Positions 1 to 10,020 of a stretch of 64,000 nt of DNA are shown here, one piece after another (the first letter of the stretch is position 1; each line of letters begins with the position of its first letter). The stretch covers positions 176 through 64,175 of the forward strand of contig PPGI01000004.1 in NCBI GenBank assembly GCA_003173855.1, read 5' to 3'. The stretch comes from Candidatus Zambryskiibacteriota bacterium. Lineage in GTDB: Bacteria; Patescibacteriota; Minisyncoccia; Phycocordibacterales; DATDWN01. The notes below the pieces were generated by a model. That model made no database searches and was not told the DNA's origin. It saw only the letters and a list, made by a program, of their open reading frames with translations. The position numbers and the translations under genes are program-made.

Positions 1-304
1 TTATTTTCATAACGATTGCTAGAGCCATTTTTTCTCGAGTCATCAATCCTTGTTTCTTTGTCATTCTGTAATCAAACCAAATGAGGAAAATAGCAACTAT
101 AGCGGCGATTTGAGTATATAAACCAATAATTAGAAGTACGCTTGAAATAATGTATAAAAAGGACATAGCCTGAGAACCTTTTTCTTGGCTTTTAAATCTT
201 TCAACTCCTACAAAAAGTCGCAAAACTCCTACAGTTACTCGCAAAATAAATGGAGCGAAAAGTCCAAACGTTAGGAGTGCGGGGAATACAGTTAAAGGAT
301 GCAT
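1..304 (-). CDS. Partial membrane protein (DoxX-like?), running off the window start
   Basis: Manual minus-strand translation from ATG at 304-302 gives MHPLTVFPALLTFGLFAPFILRVTVGVLRLF... with no stop before position 1. Hydrophobic multi-TM pattern. Confidence 0.4.
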   Translation of the reverse strand, partial: MHPLTVFPALLTFGLFAPFILRVTVGVLRLFVGVERFKSQEKGSQAMSFLYIISSVLLIIGLYTQIAAIVAIFLIWFDYRMTKKQGLMTREKMALAIVMKI

Positions 305-332
305 AAGATAATTATATGATATAGTCGAGCCT

Positions 333-806
333 ATGAAAAGCCAGAATAGAGTGCTTTTATATAACATCCGCAGCACTCACAATGTTGGCTCTATTTTTCG
401 CACAGCTGATACGCTTGGAATCGAAAAACTATATTTGGTCGGCACAACACCAACACCAATTGATAGATTTGAAAGAGTGCGGCTTGATATTGCAAAAGTT
501 GCACTGGGTGCAGAGAAGGTCCTCGATTGGGAATATTTAAAAGAAGCAAAAACAACTATTTCAAAATTAAAAAAAGAAGGTTGGAATATTATCGCAATTG
601 AACAAAACAATAATTCAGTAGATTACAAAAAAATAAAAACAAAAAACAAAAATCTTTTTATAATTGGCGAAGAAGTAAATGGAATTACAAATGATATTTT
701 AAAATTAGCAAATCAGATAGGAGAAATTCCAATGCAAGGCAAAAAGGAATCACTCAATGTTTCTGTCGCTTTTGGAGTTGCTTTGTTTAGAATTCTTAAT
801 AAGTAA
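333..806 (+). CDS. SpoU/TrmH family RNA 2'-O-methyltransferase
   Basis: Motifs LFIIGEEVNGIT and IPMQGKKESLNVSVAFGVALF are typical of SPOUT methylases. Confidence 0.8.
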   Translation: MKSQNRVLLYNIRSTHNVGSIFRTADTLGIEKLYLVGTTPTPIDRFERVRLDIAKVALGAEKVLDWEYLKEAKTTISKLKKEGWNIIAIEQNNNSVDYKKIKTKNKNLFIIGEEVNGITNDILKLANQIGEIPMQGKKESLNVSVAFGVALFRILNK

Positions 807-1686
807 GAGTTGCTACAATTTTATTTTGGTTATCATAAAGTACAATATTTTCTCTCTGACTTTTCCATAATATTGCTCCACGTTTTAAATAAACCCGCCA
901 TTCGTGCTGGTCAAAATCAATATCGCCTTTGTGAGCATTAATACAGTATGGATAATTTAGTCGAGTCTCAATAAAATTTTTGCATTCATAAGTCAAAGTG
1001 TTGGGAAGATTAGCAATTGGCACTGTGCATCTTGGATAAATGTTCAAATAATCCATACAAGAATCATTTGGCAAAGTTTGCGGAATAACAGTCGTGGAGC
1101 CTTCGTCCTTTGGCTTTGGACAAACTTTATTTATATAAGGATAAAATTTTTGAAATTGAGTTAAATAACCAGAGCATTTGTTTGATTTAAAGCTTACTCC
1201 TAAAGGTGAGACACCAGTAATGACATACATTGTGTCAGAAGGAACTAAATAAATATCTTGCTCTGTATTTTGCGAACCTTGGAAAAATAAATATGTGCCT
1301 TGCGGAATTACAACAGTATTGCCTGTATTTGTACTAACAAGTTTCCATCCAGTTACAGGAATTGTGGTTGTTCCATAACTTGGAACCTGAATGGCAATGT
1401 ATTCCTGGTTTGGATCGGCTGAATGATTAACGTATGAAAGATTTATTTTTCCATAATAAATTGATTGAGTTTTTGAATTTTCGGCAACCTTGATTTGTCT
1501 CTCTAATGTTTTTACCTGTATTTGTGCAGAATTAATCTGGTTTTGAATATTTTGCTGCTTTTGCTCTGGAGTTTGATTTGGAGTAGAAATTAAAGCGTTA
1601 TGAGACTCACCTTTTGAGCCGCCAAAGAGAGCAATGGCAATAATGCCAATCAAAATGGCTATGCCTAACCAGTTATCATTATCCAT
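796..1686 (-). CDS. Hypothetical secreted/membrane-anchored Cys-rich protein
   Basis: N-terminal TM helix, Q/N-rich linker, beta-rich body with multiple Cys. No recognisable family. Confidence 0.45.
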   Translation of the reverse strand: MDNDNWLGIAILIGIIAIALFGGSKGESHNALISTPNQTPEQKQQNIQNQINSAQIQVKTLERQIKVAENSKTQSIYYGKINLSYVNHSADPNQEYIAIQVPSYGTTTIPVTGWKLVSTNTGNTVVIPQGTYLFFQGSQNTEQDIYLVPSDTMYVITGVSPLGVSFKSNKCSGYLTQFQKFYPYINKVCPKPKDEGSTTVIPQTLPNDSCMDYLNIYPRCTVPIANLPNTLTYECKNFIETRLNYPYCINAHKGDIDFDQHEWRVYLKRGAILWKSQRENIVLYDNQNKIVATLTY

Positions 1687-1705
1687 ACCATAATTTTACT
1701 ACAAA

Positions 1706-2605
1706 TTATTTCTGATGTATTGAACAGAAATGAGCACTTCGTCCGCCTATAATTTTGCGTATAATTTTTCCTTTACAACCAGGCTTTAGACAATTTTGTC
1801 CTGTTCTTCTATAAGCCTTGTGAGAGTTTTGAAAATTTCCTTTTTTGCCATAAATATTTCGATAATCTGACATAGAGTCTCCACCCATCTCCACACCTTT
1901 TTTCAGAACTTTTTTCATTGCGTCATACATTTTCTTAAACTCATCGTTTTCTATGTTTTTAACCAATCGTTCAGGATGGATTCCTACAGTCCAAAGAATT
2001 TCATCAGAATAAATATTGCCAATTCCAGCCAAAATTTCCTGATCTATAAGAACTGTTTTTATTTTTTTATTTGGACGTTTGCTCAATTGTTTTTTAAAAA
2101 CCTCAAGAGACAAGCCATTTAAAGGTTCTGGTCCAAGATTTTTGATATCACTAAGCTCATCACGTTCATCTGTTTTAAAAAGTATTACTTTGGCAAACTT
2201 TCTCATGTCAGAAAAAGCCAGCTGTTTCCCGTTTGAGAAGCCCACTACAAAATGAATAAATTGGTTAAATGGATCTGAAAGAAATTTCTCCTTACTTTTC
2301 CAGATTTTTCCATCGAAATTGTATTTTCCATACAATAAATGACCAGTCATTTTCATATGAATTAGAATAGTTTTGTTATGACTCGAATGAATTAGAATGT
2401 TTTTTCCTCGTCTTTCAACAACCTTAACTTTTTCTCCTATAATTTGTTTTTTGAAATTTTTAAAATATTTTTCATTTTTAATCGTGTCTAACCTTTTGTG
2501 TGTCGTACGCAAAAAATAATCTGTCCAGACATCTCGGATAGTTAAATTTGGCAGGACTTCGTTTAATCCATTAACAGTAGTCGTTACTTCCGGTAATTCA
2601 GGCAT
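1706..2605 (-). CDS. mutM: Formamidopyrimidine-DNA glycosylase (Fpg/MutM)
   Basis: N-terminal PELPEVE catalytic motif and C-terminal zinc finger CLKPGCKGKIIRKIIGGRSAHFCSIHQ. Confidence 0.85.
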   Translation of the reverse strand: MPELPEVTTTVNGLNEVLPNLTIRDVWTDYFLRTTHKRLDTIKNEKYFKNFKKQIIGEKVKVVERRGKNILIHSSHNKTILIHMKMTGHLLYGKYNFDGKIWKSKEKFLSDPFNQFIHFVVGFSNGKQLAFSDMRKFAKVILFKTDERDELSDIKNLGPEPLNGLSLEVFKKQLSKRPNKKIKTVLIDQEILAGIGNIYSDEILWTVGIHPERLVKNIENDEFKKMYDAMKKVLKKGVEMGGDSMSDYRNIYGKKGNFQNSHKAYRRTGQNCLKPGCKGKIIRKIIGGRSAHFCSIHQK

Positions 2606-3163
2606 CTATTTGTTTAAGTTCTTCAATGCGGATCTTACCTTTTCCTCAGTTGTATTTCCAGTTGTTTTTTTAAGCGCTTCACGGGCTTCGCGTTCGCCAA
2701 ACCCAAGTGCTTTAAGAGCTTCAATTGCATCAACGTCTCCAGTAATCATGCTTGTTTCACCAGTTAATCCAGCAAGCTTATCTTTTAATTCAACAACAAT
2801 TTTTTCGGCATTTTTCTTACCGATACCAGAAACTTTAGTTAAGTGTGTTGTGTCTCCAGAGGCAATGGCATGACGAAGATTAGGAAGTGTTGCAATAGAA
2901 AGAATGCTCATGGCTGATTTTGGCCCGATTCCTGAGACAGTGATTAAAAGTTCAAAAAAATCGAGCTCTTCTTTTGATCGAAATCCGTACAAATCTAGAG
3001 CATTTTCCCGAACAGCCAAGTATGTCCAAAACTCTGTAACAGAGCCTTTTTTTGACTCTAATCCAACAGTATTTGTATAAATTTTGTATCCTACTCCAGA
3101 AACATCCAGAGTAATCGATTTAAGGTCTTGATATATTACTGTGCCTTTGAGATGAGAAATCAT
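2606..3163 (-). CDS. ruvA: Holliday junction DNA helicase RuvA
   Basis: N-terminal MISHLKGTV...VSGVGYKIY OB domain, HhH motifs (GIGKKNAEKIV), C-terminal domain III. Confidence 0.9.
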   Translation of the reverse strand: MISHLKGTVIYQDLKSITLDVSGVGYKIYTNTVGLESKKGSVTEFWTYLAVRENALDLYGFRSKEELDFFELLITVSGIGPKSAMSILSIATLPNLRHAIASGDTTHLTKVSGIGKKNAEKIVVELKDKLAGLTGETSMITGDVDAIEALKALGFGEREAREALKKTTGNTTEEKVRSALKNLNK

Positions 3164-3234
3164 GGCTCTATAATACTAAAGAAATCGAATTTCCACTATT
3201 TACAAAACAGAACTTGTGGTATAGTATGCACCTC

Positions 3235-3498
3235 ATGCCTATTACAACATCAGCTAAAAAAGCTCTTCGAGGATCAATGCGAAAGCATGCTTTTAACGAG
3301 CATAAAAAAGAAGAAATCAATAAATCAATCAAGCAAATTAAAAGACTTATTACTCAAAAGAAAATAAAAGAAGCTCGAGAGTTCTTGCCTCAAATTCAGA
3401 AGATTTTAGATAAGTCAGCAAAAACTGGTTTAATTAAGAAAAATTCCGCAGCTCGTAAGAAATCAAGGATTGTCGCATTAGTTAAACGATCAGCCTAA
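3235..3498 (+). CDS. rpsT: 30S ribosomal protein S20
   Basis: MPITTSAKKALR... basic helical protein matching the S20 N-terminus. The ORF-track start at 3214 is an upstream in-frame Met. Confidence 0.8.
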   Translation: MPITTSAKKALRGSMRKHAFNEHKKEEINKSIKQIKRLITQKKIKEAREFLPQIQKILDKSAKTGLIKKNSAARKKSRIVALVKRSA

Positions 3499-3524
3499 CA
3501 GGATTCCGGCTACAAGCCGGTTTT

Positions 3525-3962
3525 TTGTTGTATAATTTATTAATGCCTAAATATAAAGGTACCGGCGATCTGCTTGATCCAAAAGTCTACCGCTATCTTG
3601 TTAACCTCTGGACATTTATTCTCTACATTTCTATTCTTGTTGATTTTGTAATGCAAAATCGAATTGATGGATTTCTCGGTCCGATTTGTGCTGTTTATGT
3701 TGCGCTTCTTGCAGTTTACACTGCCGAAAAAGAATTTGAGAGATGGCACGACTACAATATCGGTCGTCATCCTGGAGAAATTTATGTTTTTATCTGGACT
3801 GTTTTAGTTGTTTGTTTACTCGTTTTAGAAGTTATTTATCATGGCAGCTATCATGTTCCCACTGAAGTTTATACAACTTATATTGTTGTAGTCGGAATTT
3901 TAGCCATTACACGAAAATCTCGATCGAATTATTTGTCTCGAAGAAAAAGAAATAGAAATTAG
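3525..3962 (+). CDS. Hypothetical membrane protein
   Basis: Three to four predicted TM helices. No family recognised. Confidence 0.45.
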   Translation: MLYNLLMPKYKGTGDLLDPKVYRYLVNLWTFILYISILVDFVMQNRIDGFLGPICAVYVALLAVYTAEKEFERWHDYNIGRHPGEIYVFIWTVLVVCLLVLEVIYHGSYHVPTEVYTTYIVVVGILAITRKSRSNYLSRRKRNRN

Positions 3963-3973
3963 ACAAGCTTCTG

Positions 3974-4045
3974 TGCTCTCGCCAAGAATCGAACTTGGAT
4001 CGCAAGATCCGCAATCTTGCATTCTATCCATTAAACTACGAGAGC
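3974..4045 (-). tRNA. tRNA-Arg, anticodon read as GCG
   Basis: Reverse complement folds as a cloverleaf: acceptor GCTCTCG/CGAGAGC, T-arm CCAAG-TTCGATT-CTTGG, anticodon loop TTGCGGA, discriminator A. No encoded CCA. Confidence 0.6.
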
Positions 4046-4083
4046 AAGGATTTGATTAAATTAGCATAAAAATTAACTAATTT

Positions 4084-4195
4084 CCAAATTTGGATGAAAT
4101 CCGACGTGAGAAATTAAAAATGCGAGGAGCCTTAGTTAATGCTAAGGTGACGAGCATTTTTAATTTGGGAACGAGGAGTTCGCTAAATTTGGAAA
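4084..4195 (-). repeat. Intergenic repeat element, copy F (E/F subfamily), immediately after the stop of the 4196..4651 gene
   Basis: Reverse complement is about 95% identical to 23892..24010. Carries the hairpin CACCTTAG-CATTAAC-TAAGGCTC and terminal CCAAATTT(A/G)G palindromes. Confidence 0.75.
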
Positions 4196-4651
4196 TTAGA
4201 AACCCAGGTAGATAAGGAGTTTTTCGAAGAAAGGTTCGAGGTGCTCTTGTTCAGGAAGATGATTAATTAATATTTGGTGAATGGCTTCTGGATCAACTGA
4301 ATCAAGGAAAGCAACAATAAATGGCATAAAAATTTTTTTAGATTTAAAAATTATTCGAGGATGTCTGTCTCGAGTTTCAATCCAAAATGATTCCAGATTA
4401 TTATAAGGATAGCGAATGTTGTTAAGCGTAACTCCCATTGGTCCGACTTCAATATCAATTAATTTTGGTTTTATCGAGGAAAAAAGAGTTAAGGTAAAAG
4501 AAGCCACAATAATAAGTATTGCAAAAATTATGTTATTTAAAATAATCGAAATCAAAGCGATTGAAATTGTGACAATTGCCACAATCCAATACCAATCTGT
4601 GGTTTTTTCTTGATGCAAATATTCGTGAGCTTTCCAGGAAATTTTATCCAT
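4196..4651 (-). CDS. Hypothetical membrane protein
   Basis: Two N-terminal TM helices followed by a soluble domain. Overlaps the next gene start by 8 nt, so the two are an operon. Confidence 0.45.
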   Translation of the reverse strand: MDKISWKAHEYLHQEKTTDWYWIVAIVTISIALISIILNNIIFAILIIVASFTLTLFSSIKPKLIDIEVGPMGVTLNNIRYPYNNLESFWIETRDRHPRIIFKSKKIFMPFIVAFLDSVDPEAIHQILINHLPEQEHLEPFFEKLLIYLGF

Positions 4652-5072
4652 AGATTTCTTTTTTTGGCGGCATTGCAGCCCAAATAGTCAGAACACAGAC
4701 AAGAAGCGCCAAATTTTTTATAATATACTGACCTTCAAGCGTTGGTACAAATGGATGAACCCAAATTTCTTTGCCCATGACAAAAATCGGCAAAGTAGTT
4801 GTTATCATATGAAGACAAAACAAAATAACAGCAGTTTTTTCTAGCCCGGGAATAATAAAAAGAATTCCGACAAGCATTTCGAAGAGTCCGAAAAGAATAA
4901 TAAACAAATTAAAGCTTAAAGTCGGCATCATTGGCCCGATAGTTTTAGAAAACAAACTTGCGACCATTGGACTTGCTGGACTCATGCCTATTACTTTTAA
5001 TAATCCAAACCAAAAATAGATGACAAATAACGCAATGCGTGCAAACAAAACGCATGTTTGTCGAATATTCAT
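4644..5072 (-). CDS. DoxX-like multi-TM membrane protein
   Basis: Four TM helices in about 140 aa, as in the DoxX family. Confidence 0.4.
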   Translation of the reverse strand: MNIRQTCVLFARIALFVIYFWFGLLKVIGMSPASPMVASLFSKTIGPMMPTLSFNLFIILFGLFEMLVGILFIIPGLEKTAVILFCLHMITTTLPIFVMGKEIWVHPFVPTLEGQYIIKNLALLVCVLTIWAAMPPKKEIYG

Positions 5073-5140
5073 ACATTTATGTTAACATGTGAAAGTATTG
5101 TGTGCTACAATGCAATCGCTTTATTAGTATTTAAAAACCA

Positions 5141-5599
5141 ATGAATAAAGGAACATTAATCGGACTAATTATTTTAATTATAATTATTGTTGGAGGATAT
5201 TTTATATATAAGAATTCAAATTCAAGCACTCCTAACCCTGCTACAAATGGCGGAACAAGTGCACCGCTAGAGACAACCAATCCAAATGCAGCCTTACCTT
5301 TAATGGCTACAACAACACCTGCTGTCAAAGAGTTTACAGTTTCTGGAAAAAATTATTCTTTTACTCCAAACACTTTGACTGTTAAAAAGGGAGATCACGT
5401 AAAAATTACTTTTGTTGACACGCAAGGAATGCACAATTTCAAAATTGATGAATTTAATGCCTTGTCTAAAACACTTAAAGGAGGTTCGCAAGATGTAGTC
5501 GAGTTTACAGCAGATAAGACAGGACAGTTCCAATATTACTGTGCAGTTGGTCAGCATAGAGCAATGGGAATGTGGGGAACTCTAACTGTTACGGAGTAA
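5141..5599 (+). CDS. Membrane-anchored cupredoxin-like (plastocyanin/azurin fold) copper protein
   Basis: N-terminal TM, then a beta domain with His (GMHNF), Cys-x4-His-x4-Met (CAVGQHRAMGM) type-1 copper ligand spacing. Confidence 0.6.
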   Translation: MNKGTLIGLIILIIIIVGGYFIYKNSNSSTPNPATNGGTSAPLETTNPNAALPLMATTTPAVKEFTVSGKNYSFTPNTLTVKKGDHVKITFVDTQGMHNFKIDEFNALSKTLKGGSQDVVEFTADKTGQFQYYCAVGQHRAMGMWGTLTVTE

Positions 5600-5735
5600 A
5601 CTTTAAAAAATAGAATTCTTTTTCACTATAACTTTTTCATCACCGGAATAATTTTTTGCTAAAAATTTTCCTCGCGCTCATGATTCACTCACTCCGCGAT
5701 GCGCTGAAAAAGTTATAGTTCAACGAATTCTACAT

Positions 5736-6695
5736 TTACTTGTAGTTACTCAATATACTTTTCACAGTATTAATTGGAATAGCAAAGCCAATGCTGTTTG
5801 CGCCTTGATCTGTGGCAACATTGATTCCAACAATATTTCCATTGAGATCCAATAATGGTCCACCAGAATTTCCTGGATTAATTGCAGCATCTGTTTGAAT
5901 AACACCTCTTAATGTCTCAAGAGTTCCGCTTTCATCTGCAGCTGTTATAGAACGATCAAGTCCAGAAATAATTCCGACTGAAACCGAGTTGTTGTATTCA
6001 CCCAGTGCGTTTCCGATAGCTGCAACTGTTTGACCAAGTTTTAGATTTGATGAATCACCGAGTGAGGCAATTGAATTATAATTTCCATTAATTTTAATTA
6101 TAGCTATGTCGTTTTTTGGATCCGTATAAACAACCTCGGCGATTTTTTCGCTTCCATCTGAGAGAAGGACTTTGTATTGAGCATTTGGATCAAAGATCAC
6201 ATGTTTATTTGTCACAATGTAACCGTCATGTGTGAACAATATTCCAGTTCCAGCACCAACTTTTTGTAAAGTTTGTCCTACTTGTTTGTAAACAGGAATG
6301 CGAATATTGCCAAATCTTGGATCATCACCAAACGGGTTTTCATAACTTATTTGATATTGCGGTGCATATTGAGATATGACAATGGAAACAACAGCTGGTG
6401 CTTCTTTTGCCACTGCCGATGTTATTAATTGATCTTGGGATTTTGCTGCGACTGTTTGTGTTTGAACTGGATTAGAGGATTTGTTCGCTGCTGCAGAAAT
6501 TTGAGCTACAGCATTTTTAGTCGCTGTGGCAATTGACGACTGTGTACCCTCGAGACTTGCAATTTGGGATTGGAGAGTTGCCACTTTAGAGTTCAGCAAA
6601 TGATTTTGGTAAAGGGTTAAAAAACCAAAGATTCCTACTCCAATCATTAGCATTGCTACAACGACAGCAATTGTTTGTAATGCATTTTTTCTCAT
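5736..6695 (-). CDS. Trypsin-like serine protease (HtrA/DegP family, no PDZ domain)
   Basis: N-terminal TM. GNSGGPLLDLNGNIVGINVA catalytic serine motif, His (TNKHVI) and Asp (DIAIIKI) triad elements. Confidence 0.8.
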   Translation of the reverse strand: MRKNALQTIAVVVAMLMIGVGIFGFLTLYQNHLLNSKVATLQSQIASLEGTQSSIATATKNAVAQISAAANKSSNPVQTQTVAAKSQDQLITSAVAKEAPAVVSIVISQYAPQYQISYENPFGDDPRFGNIRIPVYKQVGQTLQKVGAGTGILFTHDGYIVTNKHVIFDPNAQYKVLLSDGSEKIAEVVYTDPKNDIAIIKINGNYNSIASLGDSSNLKLGQTVAAIGNALGEYNNSVSVGIISGLDRSITAADESGTLETLRGVIQTDAAINPGNSGGPLLDLNGNIVGINVATDQGANSIGFAIPINTVKSILSNYK

Positions 6696-6760
6696 GGCAG
6701 TAACTACTACATCAGTATGAGAAAAAATATTTCACACGTCTCTACATTTTTATGAAGAAA

Positions 6761-9115
6761 TTAACGTAAGAGCTCTTGAACAAAATAAGGGAAGCTCGCG
6801 GTTACTAAAATTCCTCTTAGTCGTAGGGGATTATCTTGGTAAACTCCTTTATAAGTTGTTCGATAAGTTAAGTAACCTGCATCTTTTGCTAAATCAATTA
6901 AGTCGGAATTTGAATACCCATAAGGCGAAGCAAAATGATTTACAGGTTTTCCTAAAATCGCTTCCAAAGTTTTCTTGCTATTTGTCATTTCAATATTTAC
7001 TTGGTCCAATTGCAGATTTTTGAAAAATGGATGGCTTACACTATGACTTTCAAAAATCATTCCGGCGTTTTCCATCTCTTCAATATTACTTGTCGAGAGA
7101 AAATGATTTTTATTTATTGAATTTGTAAAAATATAAAATGTGGCCTGCATGCCGTATTTTTTTAAGAGTGGAAATGCATATTTGTACTGATTTTGCCAAC
7201 CATCATCAAAAGTTAGAACCACTGGTTTTTGTCCGGGTGTGGTTGTGCCATTTTTTAAATCATTAGCTACATCATCAAGACTAATTGCTGTAAATCCATT
7301 ATTTTTTAAATATTTCAGCTGACGCTCAAATAATTGAGGAGAAATTTCATATGCCTTAAGTTCTGCTGAATCATTTTGATTAATAGGCCGCACACTATGA
7401 TAAATAAGTATTGGAATTTTCAATGCTCCGGGCAACGGTGTTTCTTCCGGTTCATTTTGAAAAGATTTTTCAATACTTTCATCATCTATAATCTGAATCG
7501 GGGCTTCTTTTTTTGTAACTTTTGTAACACTAAAAATTTTAATTTTGCTAAGCAACCCTGCAAATGCATCTCCTAGATTTTTAAATGCAAGATAAATGGT
7601 TGCAAACAAATTTGAACTAGAGGCCACTTTTTTGTTTACCATAATAGTTTGGGTTTGAACTAAAATTGAACTAGTTGCAGTTTTTAAATACAAAGCAGAG
7701 ACATAAGTTCCTGCGGAACTATAATTATGGTTTAAACTAAAATTTTTAGATTTACAATAATTATTCGATACAGAAATTGTAGTGGTGCTTTTATCGCCAT
7801 ATCCAAAATTGTAAATTGAAGCTAAACAAGATTTGTTGTTGTTCACTGAACCATTAAATGAAACAGAAAGAGGCGCTGTTCCGGCAACTGGGTTAGCAGT
7901 ATATGATCCAAAAGCTGCACCAGGAGGGCCTGTAGGCGTCGTATTTGGAGTCGCTACAAAAGTAGGGTTTAATACAATGGTAGTTGAACACTGCATCGGT
8001 CCAAGTGGCCCAGATAATTTAATAATATAAGTATGCGTGCTTGAGGCAACAAAAGTTTTACTTCCACTCAAATCTGCTCCTGAACCATCATCAAAAACCA
8101 CTCGATTTGCTCCTGTTGTGTACCATGAAAGTGTTACTTCTGTAGGTGAGTCAATTATATTTGTATCAGCTTCAAGATCACAAGATAAAACGGGTGTTGC
8201 GTATCGTTCAATATTCAGTCCATAAAGAAGTTCCGGAAGGGCACTGCCATTAATCCAGCCAGCATCTAATAAGTCGAGAGAATTATTTGACCAGATAAAA
8301 TTGCTGGTGCTTTTAAGATCATAAAAAGTTTTACCAAAATCAATTATTTTATCGCCCAGCAAAGTTGTTTTTACAGTATAAGAGTCATCTACCGGAGTAA
8401 TTAATCCATCAAGATCAAAATAATAGTTTGAACCTGCAGGAATTTCTATCGGAGGATCAAATAATGTCGTTGCAATTGATGATGTTGCATCAAATTCTGT
8501 CGTTCCGATTGATCCGTCAGTTTCTCCAATAATAGGAGATGAATAAAGTAGATCCGTAAATCCATATAGAGTAAGAGTGTCTATTGTAGCGGCGTCCAAC
8601 CTAAGATTAAAAGTAAGTTTGGCAATTTTTACATTTTGTGTTGCATGAATTTTAAATCGCATTAAATGTCCATCAATAACATCGTACGGCGCTAAAGTTT
8701 GATCTAATGCTAGTGTTGGTGCTGTAGCTCCAATAAAAAGGCTGCCTCTATCTAAAATTATTCCGCCCGAAGAAAGTGTGACAAAGTATTCTCCAACAGA
8801 AATTGGTGGGTAAATTGTTGTTGACCATCTCTCTTCGTTAACGTCTAAATTTTTTGCTACAAGTATTTCGCCTGTGCTCGATGCAGAGATTTCTAGATGC
8901 AGAGGAGCAATTAAATTACTGGCTGTTCCAGTCAAAGTTGGGTTCGATTTAAGAGAAGTTATTATTTTATAATCGAGAGCAGCTTTCGGAGGCGGTATTT
9001 TGGTCGCAAATAGAGAATTTACCTGAATTAGAAGAAAAAAAAGTCCAAAAAAGATATACACATACGATTTGCCTAGACTCTTAAGTTTCAATGGTATAAT
9101 CTGTTGAGACTTCAT
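6761..9115 (-). CDS. Large secreted protein with C-terminal polysaccharide deacetylase (NodB/CE4) domain
   Basis: Signal peptide after Met at 9115 (the ORF track extends to 9361, probably spuriously). Beta-rich Thr/Ser repeats. C-terminus has LTFDDGW...HSVSHP NodB motifs. Confidence 0.7.
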   Translation of the reverse strand: MKSQQIIPLKLKSLGKSYVYIFFGLFFLLIQVNSLFATKIPPPKAALDYKIITSLKSNPTLTGTASNLIAPLHLEISASSTGEILVAKNLDVNEERWSTTIYPPISVGEYFVTLSSGGIILDRGSLFIGATAPTLALDQTLAPYDVIDGHLMRFKIHATQNVKIAKLTFNLRLDAATIDTLTLYGFTDLLYSSPIIGETDGSIGTTEFDATSSIATTLFDPPIEIPAGSNYYFDLDGLITPVDDSYTVKTTLLGDKIIDFGKTFYDLKSTSNFIWSNNSLDLLDAGWINGSALPELLYGLNIERYATPVLSCDLEADTNIIDSPTEVTLSWYTTGANRVVFDDGSGADLSGSKTFVASSTHTYIIKLSGPLGPMQCSTTIVLNPTFVATPNTTPTGPPGAAFGSYTANPVAGTAPLSVSFNGSVNNNKSCLASIYNFGYGDKSTTTISVSNNYCKSKNFSLNHNYSSAGTYVSALYLKTATSSILVQTQTIMVNKKVASSSNLFATIYLAFKNLGDAFAGLLSKIKIFSVTKVTKKEAPIQIIDDESIEKSFQNEPEETPLPGALKIPILIYHSVRPINQNDSAELKAYEISPQLFERQLKYLKNNGFTAISLDDVANDLKNGTTTPGQKPVVLTFDDGWQNQYKYAFPLLKKYGMQATFYIFTNSINKNHFLSTSNIEEMENAGMIFESHSVSHPFFKNLQLDQVNIEMTNSKKTLEAILGKPVNHFASPYGYSNSDLIDLAKDAGYLTYRTTYKGVYQDNPLRLRGILVTASFPYFVQELLR

Positions 9116-9137
9116 TTTTATTAATAATATAACGTAT

Positions 9138-9671
9138 ATGGCAAAAACAAAATGGATTTGGGTGTTGGTAATTATAGTAGTTGTTATTGGTTTATGGTGG
9201 TTTGGTGTATTTAATATGTTCGGAAACCAAGCAGCTGTTTTTACCAGCCAAGATTCATCACTTTCTCCTACAGTACTTAGAGCTGAACTTGCAAATATAT
9301 ATGCAAAACTTACTGTGGCAACAAAACCACTGGGCACAGCTCCAACTCGTGAACAAATCAAAACTGCAGCAGATGCAATTAATGTTGCAAACTCGCTGAT
9401 TCTGGCATTTGCCTCAAAACTTCAGGCAGTGGCGATTAATGCAAAAACAACTGGAGCAAAAATACCAGACAGCAAAGCACTCGCTGATTTGTTAGTTCAA
9501 GTATCAAATTCCGGTTCACTTGCAGGAACTGCTGTTGGGAATGCATTAGGTTCAAGTTCTACACCTGCACAAGTCCGAATTTCAGCTTCACAAATAATTA
9601 GTGCTCAAGCAATGCTAAATGTTGCTCGTATTGATCTCCAAAAAATCGCAAACGGATTAGGAATTAAGTAA
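9138..9671 (+). CDS. Hypothetical membrane-anchored Ala-rich protein
   Basis: N-terminal TM helix, low-complexity A/S/T-rich body. Confidence 0.45.
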   Translation: MAKTKWIWVLVIIVVVIGLWWFGVFNMFGNQAAVFTSQDSSLSPTVLRAELANIYAKLTVATKPLGTAPTREQIKTAADAINVANSLILAFASKLQAVAINAKTTGAKIPDSKALADLLVQVSNSGSLAGTAVGNALGSSSTPAQVRISASQIISAQAMLNVARIDLQKIANGLGIK

Positions 9672-9705
9672 TTGCATTCTCTCAAAATCCTGTTAAGATA
9701 GCACC

Positions 9706-9927
9706 ATGAACCCTACAGGAATTCCAGATTTTCCAACGTGGTTAATGGTATTAATATTGCTCTGGTCAATTCCATGGAAGGGAGTTGCCCTTTGGAAAGC
9801 TGCACGTTTGTCTCATAAAAAATGGTTCATCCTTCTACTTATCGTCAATACGATCGGTATTCTTGATATCGTTTATATCAGATTTATTGCTAGGAAATAT
9901 ACTGTTGAAACAATTGAAGGAAAATAA
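9706..9927 (+). CDS. Small two-TM membrane protein
   Basis: 73 aa with two hydrophobic helices. Confidence 0.35.
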   Translation: MNPTGIPDFPTWLMVLILLWSIPWKGVALWKAARLSHKKWFILLLIVNTIGILDIVYIRFIARKYTVETIEGK

Positions 9928-9930
9928 TAC

Positions 9931-10015
9931 GGAAGCGTGGCAGAGTGGTCTAACGCACTCGTCTTGAAAACGAGAGTCTCGCAAGGGACCGTGAGTTCGA
10001 ATCTCACCGCTTCCG
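9931..10015 (+). tRNA. tRNA-Ser (anticodon TGA)
   Basis: GGAAGCG acceptor, long variable arm AGTCTCGCAAGGGACC, T-arm GTGAG-TTCGAAT-CTCAC, anticodon loop CTTGAAA. Confidence 0.85.
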
Positions 10016-10020
10016 CAGTC

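Noticed and set aside
7376-8225. Several 60-70 aa plus-strand ORFs inside the 6761-9115 gene. Similar antisense ORFs occur inside ileS, ftsK, the giant surface genes and others.
   Set aside because: They are antisense or out of frame relative to long conserved genes, and have no RBS.
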